DNA of 64,000 bases. It comes from an uncultured archaeon (GTDB lineage Archaea; Asgardarchaeota; Lokiarchaeia; Sigyniarchaeales; SOKP01). Positions 61,719 to 64,000 of the stretch are shown in pieces. Under the pieces are notes generated by a model that saw nothing but the letters and a program-made list of their open reading frames with translations, did no database searches and was not told the DNA's origin. Location of the stretch: the NCBI GenBank assembly GCA_964486045.1, contig CAZALK010000001.1, positions 584,242-648,241 on the forward strand, written 5' to 3'. Numbering within the stretch: position 1 is the stretch's first letter; every line of letters begins with the position of its first letter. A program made the translations under genes and the position numbers.

Positions 61719-61982
61719 TTGGAGAGATTTTATTCATTAATTAAAAGGCCTATGATTACTGAAAAAACATTTGACCTAATTGAAAAGGAAAATAAACTTG
61801 TGTTTATCGTCAGTAGATTTGCAAATAAAGGCCAAATTAAAAGAGCAATAGAAAAAATACACAATGTGAAGGTGATTAAAGTAAACACAATGATAACAGT
61901 AAAAGGAGAGAAAAAAGCTTTTGTTAAACTTCACTCAGATAATTCCGCACAAGATATTGCAATCGATTTAGGAATTTTTTAA
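61719..61982 (+). CDS. rpl23: 50S ribosomal protein L23
   Basis: PMITEK...ENKLVFIV...ANK.QIK, KVNT, KKAFVKL. Confidence 0.97.
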   Translation: MERFYSLIKRPMITEKTFDLIEKENKLVFIVSRFANKGQIKRAIEKIHNVKVIKVNTMITVKGEKKAFVKLHSDNSAQDIAIDLGIF

Positions 61983-63095
61983 TTGTCGCTTGAAGATATT
62001 GAAATCAAATTTTGATATTTCTTCTAAATTTAATATCTGGACATTCTTTATATTTGTAAAATTTTTAATTTCAATTAACTTTTTTGAGTCCTCTTCATTA
62101 AGAATTAAAATATAGATAAAATACTCAGATAGATATTTTTTAATTATTCGTTGGATAAATTTGGATCTTAATTTTGGCAAAGTTAAGAATAAATAGGCTC
62201 GCTCAATAAACAGTAAGTAGTCACTAAACCTAATGAACTTTACGTTATTTTTTATCAAACATTGTTCAAACTCTACATTAAATGTTAATATATCATAAGA
62301 ATCATTTAGATTGTTCGCTGGAAATAGTTGTGAGTAGTCTTTTAGTAAAAAATAATTATCGGAGATTCCTATTCTCCATAAATAATTATGGAACTCTTTA
62401 AGCTTCAAGTTTTGCTTTTTCATAATATTACAATTAAAGAAATTATTAATATTGTTCTCTGTAATAAAAGATTCATCTTTTTCAATAATTAATTCACTGA
62501 AAAAAAGAGAAAATTTAATTTCTTCATCATTGTTGCATAAAAATGTTATAATTAAAAAACCCCTCCTATTAAAATTGTTGATAATGCTAATGAAATTATG
62601 TAAAAAGGAGTTTTTTCTGTCTAATCTGTCTATATTAATTGAAAAAAAATCCAATTGAAATTGAGTTTCATTATTTGTCACCAATATCGATTCAGCAAGT
62701 TTCCTTAAGCTTGTACTTGAATCAGCTTTTGTCAGAATTAAATCTAAGAATTTTTGCTCTAAAGTGGAGTCTATGTGAAATTTGCATGGTAGATTCTCTT
62801 CAGCAAAATTTTGGCGTATTATATTAAATAACTGTACAATATTTTCTTTTCTGATCTCCTCAAAATTTAATAAAAAAAGTATTGTTTTCTCTTGTAATGT
62901 ATTTAATTGAATTGAGTAATATTGAATAAATCGTTTCTTTAAAAATCCATTCAAAATCGGAATAATCCGATTGAACGTGCTAGCTTCAAAAATCGCAAAA
63001 GCGATGATTTTCCTATTCCTATTCAAACTTTTATAAAAAATTAAGTGCTGATCAACTAAATATGATAATAATTGATACTTACCTTTTTTGACCAT
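61968..63095 (-). CDS. hypothetical protein
   Basis: 375-aa ORF convergent with and overlapping rpl23 by 15 nt. Confidence 0.6.
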   Translation of the reverse strand: MVKKGKYQLLSYLVDQHLIFYKSLNRNRKIIAFAIFEASTFNRIIPILNGFLKKRFIQYYSIQLNTLQEKTILFLLNFEEIRKENIVQLFNIIRQNFAEENLPCKFHIDSTLEQKFLDLILTKADSSTSLRKLAESILVTNNETQFQLDFFSINIDRLDRKNSFLHNFISIINNFNRRGFLIITFLCNNDEEIKFSLFFSELIIEKDESFITENNINNFFNCNIMKKQNLKLKEFHNYLWRIGISDNYFLLKDYSQLFPANNLNDSYDILTFNVEFEQCLIKNNVKFIRFSDYLLFIERAYLFLTLPKLRSKFIQRIIKKYLSEYFIYILILNEEDSKKLIEIKNFTNIKNVQILNLEEISKFDFNIFKRQLKNS

Positions 63096-63240
63096 ACATT
63101 AAATATGTTGTAATTAAATTATAAAAACATAAATTTTTTGTTATCCAGATATAATTTTCATGTAGTGGAAATGAGATGCAAAATGAAAAAATTATAATTT
63201 ATTAGATATTTTATATTTTAAACAAGGCGGGAAAATTAAA

Positions 63241-63411
63241 TTGAGCAAATTTGAAAGATATAAAAAAAAAGCAGAACCATATATTTATCCTCATAAACAT
63301 TGTAAGAAATGTAACGAAATGATTACAGAAGCTTTCACTTATTGCCCTGAATGCTACAATAACTTAAAAGTGAAAAAAAAAAGAAAATTTTTCAGGAGGA
63401 AAAAAAAATAG
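63241..63411 (+). CDS. small DUF2116-like zinc-ribbon protein
   Basis: MSKFERYKKKAEPYIYPHKHCKKC...YCPEC...KKKRKFFRRKKK*; 56 aa, TTG start. Confidence 0.7.
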   Translation: MSKFERYKKKAEPYIYPHKHCKKCNEMITEAFTYCPECYNNLKVKKKRKFFRRKKK

Positions 63412-63566
63412 ATTCATTTCTCTCTATAGTTTTTTTAATAGTTTCATCTAAACAGTGAATTGGAAAATTTTAATTCAAATATTCATTAATATTCAACCTA
63501 TTCTTTATTGATTCAATGAATAGATTTATTTAACATTTTTAATTTAGGATAATAGTGATTTAAATA

Positions 63567-64000
63567 ATGAGAATTGCAGTTTTAAATAAGGATTTTTGTA
63601 AACCAAACAAATGTAGTCCTTATGGAGAAAAACCATGCATAAAATACTGTCCTAGAGTGAGAACAGGAGATAAAACTATTGTTCTAAATCCAGATGAAAA
63701 ATATGTTACAATTACTGAAAATCTCTGTTCAGGTGAAGGTATTTGTATTAAAAAATGTCCTTTTAAGGCAATTAGCATTGTAAATTTGCCGGATCCTTTA
63801 AAAAATCAGATTACATATCGATATGGCCCAGATCAGTTTTCTTTATTTCGAATGGCAATACCAAAAAAAGGAAAAGTTCTTGGATTAATCGGTCAGAACG
63901 GTATTGGGAAAAGCACAATGCTAAAAATTTTATCTAATGAATTGAAATTAAACCTCGGTAAGTTTGGGGATGGTGCTCCTGATTGGAAGGAGATTATTGA
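63567..64000 (+). CDS. rli: ribosome recycling factor ABCE1/RLI (5' part, runs off window)
   Basis: MRIAVL..D.CKP.KC, GICIKKCPFKAISIVNLP, YRYGP..FSL, GLIGQNGIGKST. Confidence 0.95.
   Translation, partial: MRIAVLNKDFCKPNKCSPYGEKPCIKYCPRVRTGDKTIVLNPDEKYVTITENLCSGEGICIKKCPFKAISIVNLPDPLKNQITYRYGPDQFSLFRMAIPKKGKVLGLIGQNGIGKSTMLKILSNELKLNLGKFGDGAPDWKEII

Overview
AT-rich archaeal chromosomal segment. The 16S rRNA, BHB-type tRNA introns and eukaryotic-signature proteins (profilin, Rab-like and MglA-like GTPases, tandem Roadblock domains, RING finger, V4R) point to an Asgard archaeon, most likely Lokiarchaeia. Most of the window is housekeeping: aIF2-beta/NMD3/RIO1/KH cluster, ftsZ, rpoP, two TFBs, pyrH, pantoate kinase, proC, mfnB, RPA, SUI1, Tsr3, thermosome, YchF, 16S rRNA + tRNA-Ala without 23S, cdc6, a type IV pilus-like locus, rpl3-rpl4-rpl23 and ABCE1. 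There are six tRNAs carrying seven introns. The main novelty is a two-locus system missed by the ORF track. Each of two paralogous ~1220-aa soluble proteins (8589-12248, 29577-33239) is flanked by small genes of one peptide family (five copies, four of exactly 37 codons) with a signal-peptide-like N-terminus and a variable Gly-rich C-terminal tail ending G-x-P. This layout resembles a peptide-signal/cytoplasmic-receptor (quorum-sensing-like) module, although the function is inferred. Also notable: SUI1/aIF1 apparently starts at AUU, two more genes apparently start at AUA, there is a doubly intronic tRNA-Leu with a 5-nt anticodon exon, a profilin with a C-terminal extension, and a Roadblock/DENN-like/GTPase operon.
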